A DNA stretch of 32,917 nucleotides from Candidatus Micrarchaeota archaeon (lineage in GTDB: Archaea > Micrarchaeota > Micrarchaeia > Norongarragalinales > UBA97): NCBI GenBank assembly GCA_021782355.1, contig JAJXUZ010000003.1, positions 1 through 32,917 of the forward strand, in the 5' to 3' direction. The notes beneath the pieces are model-generated. The model searched no databases. It was given only the letters and a program-made list of their open reading frames with translations, and was not told the DNA's origin. The stretch's first letter is position 1, and the number at the start of each line of letters is the position of its first letter. Positions 17,893 to 27,565 of this stretch are shown here, one piece after another. A program made the translations under genes and the position numbers.

Positions 17893-18387
17893 TTATCTAA
17901 CATAGCCAGGAATTCTTGTTTTTGAATTGTCCTTATCTTTTGATTTGGGCTTAATTTGAGAAACAGAATATGCTATTTTTTCTCCAATTGCACTTGCTCT
18001 TGCTAAATCTACTTCGCTTAAGGGACTAAAACGCCCAAAAATTTTTAAAATTCCGTTTAACTTAATGGTTAGTAAGTTTAATACGGTTAAACCGCGTTTT
18101 TGAGTTAACTTTTCAATCAGTTGCCATTCAAGAATTTTTGAATTTTTTGAAACGTAAATAACCGATATTGTGTTGGCTTTTAAATTTGGCAAATTTAAGA
18201 ATAGTTCAACTTGATTAACATCATTAACTACAAATGCAAGCGAGTTTGAAAAAGTAAGATGAAGGTCCGAAGAGTATTCGTTTAATGAGGTTTTGCAGTT
18301 TCTAGATTCTGCACCTTGTTTAATTTGATTAGCCAGTTGGTGACAATACAAATCGTTTGAATATATTACATTAAGACAATTATCCAT
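17893..18387 (-). CDS. Degenerate flavodoxin-fold protein
   Basis: N-terminal VIYS...QLANQIKQGA and C-terminal EVDLARASAIGEKIA resemble flavodoxin; no TGNT FMN loop. Confidence 0.45.
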   Translation of the reverse strand: MDNCLNVIYSNDLYCHQLANQIKQGAESRNCKTSLNEYSSDLHLTFSNSLAFVVNDVNQVELFLNLPNLKANTISVIYVSKNSKILEWQLIEKLTQKRGLTVLNLLTIKLNGILKIFGRFSPLSEVDLARASAIGEKIAYSVSQIKPKSKDKDNSKTRIPGYVR

Positions 18388-18475
18388 AAACTAGGTTTTG
18401 AAGAAACAGGTTTAAAAGGTAACTATGGTTTAAGTTATTCAATTGGTTTTAAAATTTTTGGGAATTTTGATAAAA

Positions 18476-19069
18476 ATGGTAAACAATAATTATAAGCAAA
18501 CTGGAAAAAAACTTTACAATGTTTCATTTTTAGTATCGATTATAGTCTTAGTAGCATTGGCAAGTTCACTTTACTTACTTTATAGTGCCTATCAAACTCA
18601 AACCAATTTGATTAATCAAATCAATTTCGATAATACCAATCAACTGGCTCAAATGAATATGATTAATGCACTTAACAGCAAAATTGGAGTATTACAGACA
18701 CAATTGAATCAGAGTAATTTTAATTTAAATCAAATCAGTGCAAATTACACTGCTACAAACAACGAACTTTTAAAGTTTAAAAATACTACAAACCAACAAT
18801 TAACTGGAATTCTAAACGAGGTTAATTCAACTAGTTATTGGCAGGCTTATTCGGCAGTTCAAGCAAATTACAATCAATCTGAAAACTATGGATGCAGTTA
18901 CTATTTTGGCGGTTCGTTTTCAACCACTATCTATGTTCCATTAGGATGCTCGCTTACTATGGGTAATTTGTTAGATTCACTTAACACTTTGTACAATATG
19001 TCAAATTCAACTGGCCCACAATATGCAGCAGGATTAATTTCAAGTTATATTGCAAATAATAGCAACTAA
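18476..19069 (+). CDS. Membrane-anchored Asn/Gln-rich coiled-coil surface protein
   Basis: One N-terminal TM, heptad-like region and many N-x-S/T sequons; likely start ATG 18476. Confidence 0.65.
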   Translation: MVNNNYKQTGKKLYNVSFLVSIIVLVALASSLYLLYSAYQTQTNLINQINFDNTNQLAQMNMINALNSKIGVLQTQLNQSNFNLNQISANYTATNNELLKFKNTTNQQLTGILNEVNSTSYWQAYSAVQANYNQSENYGCSYYFGGSFSTTIYVPLGCSLTMGNLLDSLNTLYNMSNSTGPQYAAGLISSYIANNSN

Positions 19070-19085
19070 GCTTAAATTTAGATTT

Positions 19086-20177
19086 TCAGTCTAAAACCAG
19101 AATGTCAAATGAAGCTTGGTTTGTTTTGGCAGAATAGGCTCCACAATACCTGCTTGAAATTACTTTGAGGTTTCTTTTATTTTTAAGTCCGATTTTTACA
19201 ATTTCATTTGAAGTTTTAACTAGTCCGCTTTCATCGTGGCCATCAATTACAGCATATGCGTGTATGATTGAGTTTTTTTTGCATACATTTAATGCTACTG
19301 GAATAAAATCAAGTGATTGATGAAGTAGGGGCATAATCACCCGGTCTGCCCATTTGAAGTATTTCTTGTCTTTTAAGAAAATGTTTGCATCTACAGAGTG
19401 AACTTGTACGAATTCTTCTACTTTGTTAGCTTTAATGTTCTTTAGCAAATAATTACAAGCATCTGGATTCCATTCAATAGCTAAAACTTGACATCTTTGT
19501 TTTAATGATTTTAAGTGTTTTGCAATTTCAATAGCAAACGGGCCTACACCGGCAAAAATCACCATTACATTTTCATCATTTTTAACAAGCTGACAAATTC
19601 GATTTCTTTCAAAACTAAGCCTGCTTGAAAAGTATACTTTGTTTAAATCCAAATAGAATACGCATCCGTTTTCTTTGTGAATGGCGGTGGTGCGGTTTTC
19701 TCCTGCCAAAACCTTTATTCCTCGAATACGAAATTGTCCTTCAAACTTGCTTTTTTGGACAACCACTTTAACTCTTGAATTGCTTTTAATGAGGGAATTT
19801 GCAATTGTTTTGGATTTTGATTTTAATTTTGGCGGGATGCTTACAATTGCAATATCTCCGATTAAATCATACGAAGAATGAAGAAGAGAAAGATTTTGAG
19901 GACTAAATTTTTTTGAAAGTAAATTCTTTAGAGATTGGGCTTTTTGTTTGTCGGTTATTTGAAATGAGGTCGAAGTAATTTTATGCTCGAAGGGAATGTT
20001 TAATGAAATTGAATTAGAAACTAATGGTAGATAAAAAAAACCATTTTTAGCAAACTGTTCAAAGCCCGTTTGAAGTAGATTGTTTTCTTTTAAGAATAAT
20101 TTTGCGGTTTGTGCGAATTTAATTGGGACTTTAAGGGCATTTAATTTCTTTTTAGTCATATAATAATTTTTCCGCAT
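19086..20177 (-). CDS. trm5: Trm5/Met-10+ family tRNA (m1G37) methyltransferase
   Basis: SYDLIGDIAIV, HKENGCVFYLD..KVYFSSRL..ER, FAGVGPFAI, EWNP, ADRVIMPL. Confidence 0.92.
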   Translation of the reverse strand: MRKNYYMTKKKLNALKVPIKFAQTAKLFLKENNLLQTGFEQFAKNGFFYLPLVSNSISLNIPFEHKITSTSFQITDKQKAQSLKNLLSKKFSPQNLSLLHSSYDLIGDIAIVSIPPKLKSKSKTIANSLIKSNSRVKVVVQKSKFEGQFRIRGIKVLAGENRTTAIHKENGCVFYLDLNKVYFSSRLSFERNRICQLVKNDENVMVIFAGVGPFAIEIAKHLKSLKQRCQVLAIEWNPDACNYLLKNIKANKVEEFVQVHSVDANIFLKDKKYFKWADRVIMPLLHQSLDFIPVALNVCKKNSIIHAYAVIDGHDESGLVKTSNEIVKIGLKNKRNLKVISSRYCGAYSAKTNQASFDILVLD

Positions 20178-20261
20178 CTAATATTATTTAGTATTTAAGA
20201 GATAAAGTGTAAATACTTAAATTAAATTGTTTGTGCAGATATTTGAAAATAATTTGTAGAC

Positions 20262-21122
20262 TTGAAGCAAATGAATATTATTGATGCGTTTAGTTCTTGG
20301 GTTAATTTGTATTTTTTTGACCCTTTAAGATATCCAAAAAGTTTTGCTCCGTATAATATTTACAATACTGCAACGTTTGCAATAATAGGTTTGGTTTGCG
20401 CATATTTGATTTATCGCTATTTTACATCAAATGGCATTATATTTAATGAAAAACTATACTGGGCAGTTATTCCTTTTGTTTTGTTAGGTTCGATAGTTAG
20501 AGTATTGGTTGATGCAAAAATTATTCCCAGAATGGTGATAGTTTTTGGTTGGACTTTTTTTCCCTTTGTCACTCCCCTAATTTACATTTTAATTTTCTTA
20601 GTAATGTTGTTATTTCTTTTAACTTTAAGGAATTTTTTTGCAAACAAATATTGCACAATAATGATGTATAGTGGATTGGTTTTGGATGCAGTATTTCTAA
20701 TTCCTCTTTTGTTGATTATTAAAAATCCAATTTCAACTTTGTATATTTTAATTATGGCAATTGTTGCCACAGCAATTGGAACATTTGTTTTAAGGTTATT
20801 GAGATTAAGAGCTACTAGTAGAATTGAGATTTTTACTATTTTTGCTCAGTGTTTAGATGGTTCTGCAACGTTTGTAGGAGTAAGTTTGTTTGGATATTTC
20901 GAACAGCACGTATTAGGAAATGCAATCTTCAATTTTTTTGGAACACCGTTCGCTTTCTATGCACTTAAAGCGTTGTTTGTAGTGCTTGCAATTAAAATTG
21001 CAAATGATGAATTGAAGGACTCAAAATACACTCAATTAAAAATATTTATTTTATTGATGATTGCAACTTTTGGAATTGGGCCGGGAATAAGAGATATGCT
21101 TAGATTGCTTTGCGGAGTTTAA
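20262..21122 (+). CDS. DUF63 family membrane protein
   Basis: YNIYNT, RVLVDA, FVTPLIY, LDGSATFVG..GYFEQHVL, GPGIRDMLR. Confidence 0.9.
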   Translation: MKQMNIIDAFSSWVNLYFFDPLRYPKSFAPYNIYNTATFAIIGLVCAYLIYRYFTSNGIIFNEKLYWAVIPFVLLGSIVRVLVDAKIIPRMVIVFGWTFFPFVTPLIYILIFLVMLLFLLTLRNFFANKYCTIMMYSGLVLDAVFLIPLLLIIKNPISTLYILIMAIVATAIGTFVLRLLRLRATSRIEIFTIFAQCLDGSATFVGVSLFGYFEQHVLGNAIFNFFGTPFAFYALKALFVVLAIKIANDELKDSKYTQLKIFILLMIATFGIGPGIRDMLRLLCGV

Positions 21123-21153
21123 ACTAAATTAAAAATAAGGTAAAAAAATTGAT

Positions 21154-21462
21154 TTATTTTCTAGTGGACTTTTCTTGTTGTTTAATTAAATCCAATAAGC
21201 CATCAAGTCTTCTTTCAATATAAGAAGCATCTGCTTTATCGTTCATATCAATTGAAAGGGAATGAACGTCTTTTTTTAAATCACGCGCAATATCTTCGAT
21301 TTCATCAAGTCTGTCGTGAAGTTTTTTGGTATGTTCACGGGTTCTGCGGTGAATGGTGAGACTTAAACGAACCATCCAAGCAAATGCGAATACACTAATT
21401 ACTATAAACGAAAGGGACGCAAAGTCCAATTGAGTGGATAATAAAGTAATTATTGGATTCAT
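21154..21462 (-). CDS. Single-TM coiled-coil protein
   Basis: N-terminal TM followed by heptad-like charged helix; ATGA overlap with the upstream gene. Confidence 0.65.
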   Translation of the reverse strand: MNPIITLLSTQLDFASLSFIVISVFAFAWMVRLSLTIHRRTREHTKKLHDRLDEIEDIARDLKKDVHSLSIDMNDKADASYIERRLDGLLDLIKQQEKSTRK

Positions 21463-21791
21463 TTGGTTTTCCTATTAGTTATGGGTGAATTCTGAATTGA
21501 AGAATCACTAAATTCAGATACACTGAGCATTTCGGTTATTGCTCTTGAAATTTTTTCTTCTGCATCCTTTAATGATGACTTGCTTCTTAATGATTTTCTT
21601 GCAGACATTACGGCCAAACTTGCTTGCTCTAAGTGAGTTTGAATCTCATTTAATCTGCTTTGGGCTTGGTGAATTCTTCTTTTAGCTTGTTCGGTTTCGT
21701 GATAGACAAAAAGTAACATAACGAATGTGGCAGCCAGTGCCCCACCAAAAGAATAGACTAAGACGTCATTTAGCCCAAATAAAACTGACAT
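21459..21791 (-). CDS. Single-TM coiled-coil protein
   Basis: N-terminal TM followed by heptad-like helix. Confidence 0.65.
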   Translation of the reverse strand: MSVLFGLNDVLVYSFGGALAATFVMLLFVYHETEQAKRRIHQAQSRLNEIQTHLEQASLAVMSARKSLRSKSSLKDAEEKISRAITEMLSVSEFSDSSIQNSPITNRKTK

Positions 21792-21874
21792 AAGGACAAT
21801 AGAGCATCCTTATTTAAAAATTAGATTATTGAAAGCTAGAGATATACTAGTTATAAGTTAGGTGACCTTTGAGA

Positions 21875-23404
21875 TTATCCTATGCTTTTGCGTAAAATTG
21901 CAGATTCTTCAATTTTACTAGTAGTTGACTTTAATCCTTTTAACCCGCTTTTTAGAATGGAAGATGTTAGGTTTTGATGTTCTTGGGAGATTATATCAAC
22001 TGGGTCGCAATTGATTGCAAATTTTTCTTCAATTGATTCCACATCATTAATTATTGATTTGAATGCGCTTGCCCATTTTGATTTTGTTGAAAGATATTTA
22101 AGATTCCTGAAATTTACAAAAGGCATAACTGACTTCAAGCAGGGAATTAGACTTGGTGTTGAATCTTCCAAACAAGAATAAAGTCCTTCACTTTTTATTT
22201 GTGCTATTGTATTTGAAATTCCAATTATTTCAGGAGGAACGCCAATTGAATACAAAGATGCGGTAAAAGATATTGCTCGTGGAAGGGAAGATTTACCTAC
22301 TTTTCTAGAATAACCAAAAAGCCCAATGTGTTGTTTTCTTTCCCTTCTTGAAGGAACAAATTTTGAAATAATATTTACTAATTCGGTAATTTGCTCAAGA
22401 GTAAGTTGATAGTTATCACTTGAAATTTGAATTAATCTTAATTGTTCTTTTTTAGCGGAAGGTGAGAGGATGGATGATTTTTTAATTTTTTTAATGCGAA
22501 GTTTTTCAATAGATTTTTTAACTGATAGAGTAGGGTAATCGTAACGATAAGAAGATTGAACAGTAGGAGTTACCACTCCGGCATATTGCTTGAAGAACAC
22601 GTCAATAGAATATGGAGTAAAACCTCCCCTAAAAGGCAAACAACCTACACCTATTATCGGATATGTTGGAATAGAACTTTCTTGGGTGAATTTTTCACAT
22701 TCACTTAAACAAACACTTGCACTTAATGTTGCTGCAATAAAGCCAGAATTTAATGCGGGGTCTGAACGTGCAATAAATGGACGAAGATACTCTAATTTAG
22801 GAAAGTTTGCTTTTTTACATAAATTCATATATTTTAGAAAAATACTGCTTGACTCAGTCATAGCTTGAGTTGTTTCTACAAGAGGAATCCAATCCAAATC
22901 AGACGGACCGGAAATGTGATTGCTAGTAGGATGAAGCTCTGTTTTTGCAATGGCACTTGCTAATTGCCGATATTTTTTTCTCATCCAAAATAACTGCTCG
23001 GCATTTTGAGTCATTGGAAGAATTGCTTGATAAATTGGAGGAGTTTTTAATTCAAATTTACAGGCCAAATCGTTTGATGAAATAATATTTACAAATGCTC
23101 GGGCTAATTTGTAACCCCCTTCTTCCCAAGGATTGGGAACCCTAAAAGTTAGGTATTCTTGGTTGCCTAATTGATTTTTTAGAAAAAAATCTGAGTATTT
23201 TTCTAATAATCTTTCAGTAACGGATTCGTCAACGTGTTTTCCTTCCCAATCCCACATATATTCGGGAATTTTCAATTCGGAAAAACATCGATAAGCCTCT
23301 TCTATTTCGCTTCGAGTATCAATAAACGCAGAATGTTTGAGCCAGTATGGAGACTTTGCATTATCAGGGTGCTGAGTTGCCATACAAAAAGGAAATTTTT
23401 CCAT
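21875..23404 (-). CDS. ppcA: Archaeal-type phosphoenolpyruvate carboxylase
   Basis: MATQHPDNA, YMWDWEGK, ARSDPALNSG, LPFRGG, RERKQHIGLFGYSR, LPRAISF. Confidence 0.95.
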   Translation of the reverse strand: MEKFPFCMATQHPDNAKSPYWLKHSAFIDTRSEIEEAYRCFSELKIPEYMWDWEGKHVDESVTERLLEKYSDFFLKNQLGNQEYLTFRVPNPWEEGGYKLARAFVNIISSNDLACKFELKTPPIYQAILPMTQNAEQLFWMRKKYRQLASAIAKTELHPTSNHISGPSDLDWIPLVETTQAMTESSSIFLKYMNLCKKANFPKLEYLRPFIARSDPALNSGFIAATLSASVCLSECEKFTQESSIPTYPIIGVGCLPFRGGFTPYSIDVFFKQYAGVVTPTVQSSYRYDYPTLSVKKSIEKLRIKKIKKSSILSPSAKKEQLRLIQISSDNYQLTLEQITELVNIISKFVPSRRERKQHIGLFGYSRKVGKSSLPRAISFTASLYSIGVPPEIIGISNTIAQIKSEGLYSCLEDSTPSLIPCLKSVMPFVNFRNLKYLSTKSKWASAFKSIINDVESIEEKFAINCDPVDIISQEHQNLTSSILKSGLKGLKSTTSKIEESAILRKSIG

Positions 23405-23494
23405 AAAATATTTTCAAATAATTATTCGATAGTTAATAATTTAATAATAAGACTTGAATTTTTTGAAAATGCTTTAGGCTAAGAAGTTAAAAAA

Positions 23495-23612
23495 TGGCAG
23501 CAGAAACCGGTTTTCCCGTCCAATAGGGCAGTACCAACCATGTCGCAAATGGGCTTAGCTTCCGAGTTCGAGAAGGGATCGGGCGTTTCCCCATTCCTAT
23601 GACCGCTGACCA
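23495..23612 (-). rRNA. rrf: 5S rRNA (stand-alone)
   Basis: Reverse complement GGTCAGCGGTCATAG...GAAACGCCCGATCCCTTCTCGAACTCGGAAGCTAAG...GTACT...GGGAAA...CTGCTGCC has the 5S motifs and terminal helix I; T-tract downstream. Ends approximate. Confidence 0.93.
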
Positions 23613-23839
23613 ATTATTATAAGTAAAGACATAGATTAAAAAACCTATTTAATGGGCTAATTTCCCAAAAAATGCTTTTTTCTATTTCGATTTCTTTTTT
23701 TTATGAACTTAGAATTCAATAATATTTAATTTGTTAAAAACAATAATAATAGAGAAAGATGGATAAAAAAATACAAACTTAAATTAAAATAATTAACAAA
23801 TGCAAAAATAATAAACAAAAGGAAGAATGAACTACGGAA

Positions 23840-24730
23840 ATGGAAGAAAACAAAAATGTTGGAAAATACCTTACAAGTTTAATGTTGCTTGTAGCATCGC
23901 TATTGTTAATTTATATTATCAATTATGGACTAAAATTCTTCATTAGTAATTATTTTCCTACGTATTCTTCGTTCATCGTAATTGCAAGTCAAATATCTAC
24001 TACAATAATTATTGCGGTTTTTTGTTATCTGTTTTATAAAATATTGTTGTCAATTTTTGTTCCTTATACAATTCAAACAAAAGGAAGGGAAGACGGAGAA
24101 ATTACAAAACTAGTTTTAAGAATTCTTCTTTTTAGTGCAATCATAATTGCAACACTTACGATATTTGGAATTAGTTTGTCTGGAGCTTTGGCAGGAGGAG
24201 CGGTTGGGGGAATAGTTTTGGGTCTTGCGGTTCAAAGCGTTGCCACCAGCATTCTTTCGGGATTCTTCTTATCTTCATCAAAAACTCTTCTTCCGGGAGA
24301 TGTTGTTGTACTTTATTCTTGGATGTTGGGAAACAGTTTACTTTGCAAAATTACTCGTGTAAATTTACTTTATACTGAAGTACTTACTCAAAACGGATAT
24401 TCGGTGCGCATTTCAAATAGTATTTTATCAAACTCAAGCACTTTTACGCACGTTCATTCAAAAACAAATGGACTGAGTTCGCAAACATTTCCGGTAACTA
24501 TCAATTCAGATGTACCGGTTGACAAATTACTTAGAAAAACCCAAGTTATTCTTAAAGGAGAGTTGGCAAAGAAAAACTTTAAACAACCTGAAATATATTT
24601 CAGCTCAAAAACAGGCGGAACAAATATTTTTACAGTTAAAATTTACTTTAATGAAATTGACCAAGTAAATGATATTCAAAATATTGTGAATAGTTGTTTT
24701 GACCAAGCTTATTGGGAAAGTAAAAAATAA
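23840..24730 (+). CDS. mscS: Small-conductance mechanosensitive channel
   Basis: GAVGGIVLGLAVQ....ILSG.......LLPGDVV, ISNS. Confidence 0.9.
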   Translation: MEENKNVGKYLTSLMLLVASLLLIYIINYGLKFFISNYFPTYSSFIVIASQISTTIIIAVFCYLFYKILLSIFVPYTIQTKGREDGEITKLVLRILLFSAIIIATLTIFGISLSGALAGGAVGGIVLGLAVQSVATSILSGFFLSSSKTLLPGDVVVLYSWMLGNSLLCKITRVNLLYTEVLTQNGYSVRISNSILSNSSTFTHVHSKTNGLSSQTFPVTINSDVPVDKLLRKTQVILKGELAKKNFKQPEIYFSSKTGGTNIFTVKIYFNEIDQVNDIQNIVNSCFDQAYWESKK

Positions 24731-24750
24731 ACTTAAAAGAAAGTCGAAAT

Positions 24751-25836
24751 TTAAAGTAAATCTAATACGGATTCTAAACTTTCAAAAGAAATTTCGCCCA
24801 TATGACCAATCCTACAAACTGATTTACTAAATTCAGCCATCCCTAAACTAATTTCAAAACCAGAAGCTAAAAGTTTTTCTTTGATTTCAACTGCGTTTTC
24901 GGCTTTAAAGGTCGTAAGGGTGTTAGAGCGATAGTTTTCTTGAGCAAAGAGAGAGTAACCTTTTTCGGTTAATTTTGTTTGACATAGTTTAGCTGCCTTT
25001 GCGTGCTTTTCTATGTTTTTTTCAAGTCCAGTGTCAAAATAAATTTGAAGTGCTTGTTCTAATGCAAAATAAGCAGAAATATTTGGAGTGTAGGGTGTTT
25101 GACCGTCAGATAAAAATTTTTCATATTTTTTTAAGTCAAAATACATTGATGGGATTCTTTGGCGTTTGTTAATTTTTTGCCAAGCATCTTCTGAAACTGC
25201 TAAATATGAAACGCCAGGAGTGGAACCCACGCATTTTTGACTTGAACTTGCACAAATATCAATACCTAAAGAATCAAAATTAAGAGGACTGCCACCTAAA
25301 CCGGAAACAGAATCAACAATAATTAACGAATTGTTTTCGTTTGCAAGGGCGCAAATTTCTTTTAATGGGTTGCAAACACCCGTAGAAGTATCGTTGTGAA
25401 CAACTGAAATTATGGTAGGTTTAAAGTCTACTATTTCTTGATTGATTTGCTCTAAAGAAGGAGCTTTGCCCCAAGGAATGTTTAGCGTTTTTACATTATC
25501 GCAGTAATTTTGAGCACAAACGGTTAATCGAGCACCGAACCAACCGTTGTCGATACACAAAACTCTATCGTTTTTTTCCACTAAGTTTACAAATGCTGCT
25601 TCAACTGCTCCTGTTCCACTTGAACTTAAAGTAAATATTTTACTTTTAGCTTTTTCTGGATTAGTAAGATACAGTTTAGCTAAATTGGAAGAAATTGAAC
25701 TTATAATTCTTGAAAAATAGGGACCTCGGTGATTTACCATCTGTTTTGTCTGTTGTTGCAAAACTAATGAATTGACTTGAACTGGGCCGGGAATAAAGAG
25801 TTTAGGAAATATTAATTGACTAAGGTTGTCTTTCAT
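24751..25836 (-). CDS. Class V PLP aminotransferase (serine-pyruvate/alanine-glyoxylate type)
   Basis: LFIPGP, SSGTGAVEA, VHNDTSTG, VDSVSG, SSQKC, RIGHMG; start probably ATG 25836. Confidence 0.92.
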   Translation of the reverse strand: MKDNLSQLIFPKLFIPGPVQVNSLVLQQQTKQMVNHRGPYFSRIISSISSNLAKLYLTNPEKAKSKIFTLSSSGTGAVEAAFVNLVEKNDRVLCIDNGWFGARLTVCAQNYCDNVKTLNIPWGKAPSLEQINQEIVDFKPTIISVVHNDTSTGVCNPLKEICALANENNSLIIVDSVSGLGGSPLNFDSLGIDICASSSQKCVGSTPGVSYLAVSEDAWQKINKRQRIPSMYFDLKKYEKFLSDGQTPYTPNISAYFALEQALQIYFDTGLEKNIEKHAKAAKLCQTKLTEKGYSLFAQENYRSNTLTTFKAENAVEIKEKLLASGFEISLGMAEFSKSVCRIGHMGEISFESLESVLDLL

Positions 25837-27448
25837 TTTTAATTTTCTTATTTTTATATTCTTTAGCAGCATTGACAAATCCCAAATAAAGTGGTTCGGG
25901 ATTATCTAACCTAGAATCGAATTCTGGATGTGCTTGGGTGCCTACAAAAAACGGATGGCCATTTAATTCTCCGATTTTCATTATGGTTCTTACTGGGTCT
26001 TTACCAGAAAATATCCAACCGGACTTTGTGAATTCGGATACATATTCGGGATTTATTTCGTATCGATGTCTAAATCTCTTGAATATTTTTTCGGAATGAT
26101 ATAAAGAATGGGCAAGTGTATTGGGAGTAATTGCTACATCAAAACCACCCAATCGCATTGTTCCCCCTAAATTTCCAATAGATTTCTGCTCTGGCAGAAT
26201 ATCAATAACTGGATGAGTGGTGTTTTGGTCAATTTCAGTTGAATTGGCATCGAAATAATTCAAAAGATTGCGGGCGCTTTCGATAATTGCAATTTGTAAA
26301 CCGTAACAAATTCCCAAATATGGAACTTGGTTTTCTCTTGCATATTTAACTGATTGAATTTTACCTTCCACACCTCTTCCACCAAATCCACCGGGAACTA
26401 AAATTCCATCATAATCTTCCAAATTAGTTTTGCCTTTTTCTAAGGATTCGCTGTCAATTAAGTCAGCTACAAGTTTTACATTGCAGTTAATGGCGCAGTG
26501 TTCCAAAGATTCAAAAACACTCATATATGCGTCTTTGGAAGTGGCATATTTACCAATTACGGCAATCCTAACTTCTTGTTTTTCTTTTGAAAGTTGTTTT
26601 TGTTTTTCAATTAAAGGAGCCCATTTATCAGTTGAATTTTCAGATAATTCAAAATTCATTCTTTTTGATAATTTTGAGTGGACTTGTTGTTCAGCTAAAA
26701 CATAGGGAAGTTGATAGATCGAAAACACGGTGGGAGAATGAAGTACGTTTTCTTCACGAACATTGCAGAAAACGGCTATTTTTTCTTTTGCAGAATTTGT
26801 TAGTGGCTTATCGCATCGGGCTACTAAAAAGTCAGGAGTAATTCCTCTTGAAAGTAATGATTTTGTTGAATGTTGAATTGGTTTGGTTTTAACTTCCCCA
26901 GTTGTAATTGTGGGCACAAGAGCAAGGTGAAAAAAAGATACGTTTTCTGCTTCTTCTTCAAATTTCATTTGCCTTGCAGCCTCTAAAACAACATCAGACT
27001 CTATATCTCCAACTGTTCCGCCTATTTCTATAATTAAAATTTGGCAGTTTGTGGTTTTTGCTGCTTGTTTGATTCTTGATTTTATTTCGTTTGTAGCATG
27101 AGGAATTAGTTGAATTGTTTTTCCTAAATAGTCTCCGTGTCTTTCCTTTTCAATAATCGATTTGTAAACGCTTCCCATCATTAAATTTTGTTCTTTTTTG
27201 GCAAAAACATCAAGATAACGTTCGTAATTACCTATATCTAAATCGCATTCAAAACCATCTTGTGTGACAAATACTTCGCCGTGTTCAAATGGATTTAGTG
27301 TGCCTGCATCACAGTTCAAATAGGGGTCGATTTTCATTAAGGATACGTTTGAGCCATAAGATTTGAGGAGTTTTGCAAGTGAAGCGGAAAAAATTCCTTT
27401 TCCTAATGAACTAAGCACGCCACCAGTTACAAAGATATATTTAGCCAA
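25820..27448 (-). CDS. pyrG: CTP synthase
   Basis: KYIFVTGGVLSSLGKG, KIDPYLN, EIGGTVGDIE, KTKP, GICYG, RHRYE, HPEF. Confidence 0.98.
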   Translation of the reverse strand: MAKYIFVTGGVLSSLGKGIFSASLAKLLKSYGSNVSLMKIDPYLNCDAGTLNPFEHGEVFVTQDGFECDLDIGNYERYLDVFAKKEQNLMMGSVYKSIIEKERHGDYLGKTIQLIPHATNEIKSRIKQAAKTTNCQILIIEIGGTVGDIESDVVLEAARQMKFEEEAENVSFFHLALVPTITTGEVKTKPIQHSTKSLLSRGITPDFLVARCDKPLTNSAKEKIAVFCNVREENVLHSPTVFSIYQLPYVLAEQQVHSKLSKRMNFELSENSTDKWAPLIEKQKQLSKEKQEVRIAVIGKYATSKDAYMSVFESLEHCAINCNVKLVADLIDSESLEKGKTNLEDYDGILVPGGFGGRGVEGKIQSVKYARENQVPYLGICYGLQIAIIESARNLLNYFDANSTEIDQNTTHPVIDILPEQKSIGNLGGTMRLGGFDVAITPNTLAHSLYHSEKIFKRFRHRYEINPEYVSEFTKSGWIFSGKDPVRTIMKIGELNGHPFFVGTQAHPEFDSRLDNPEPLYLGFVNAAKEYKNKKIKNERQP

Positions 27449-27565
27449 AGTATTTTTGCTCCTAAAAAATAAAATTAATCAAACTAAAACAAGAAATGGA
27501 AGTTAAGGTTTTTAATCTTTTTTACCCAAGAGGCAAAACTAACTAAAAATTACCCAATAGTAGAG

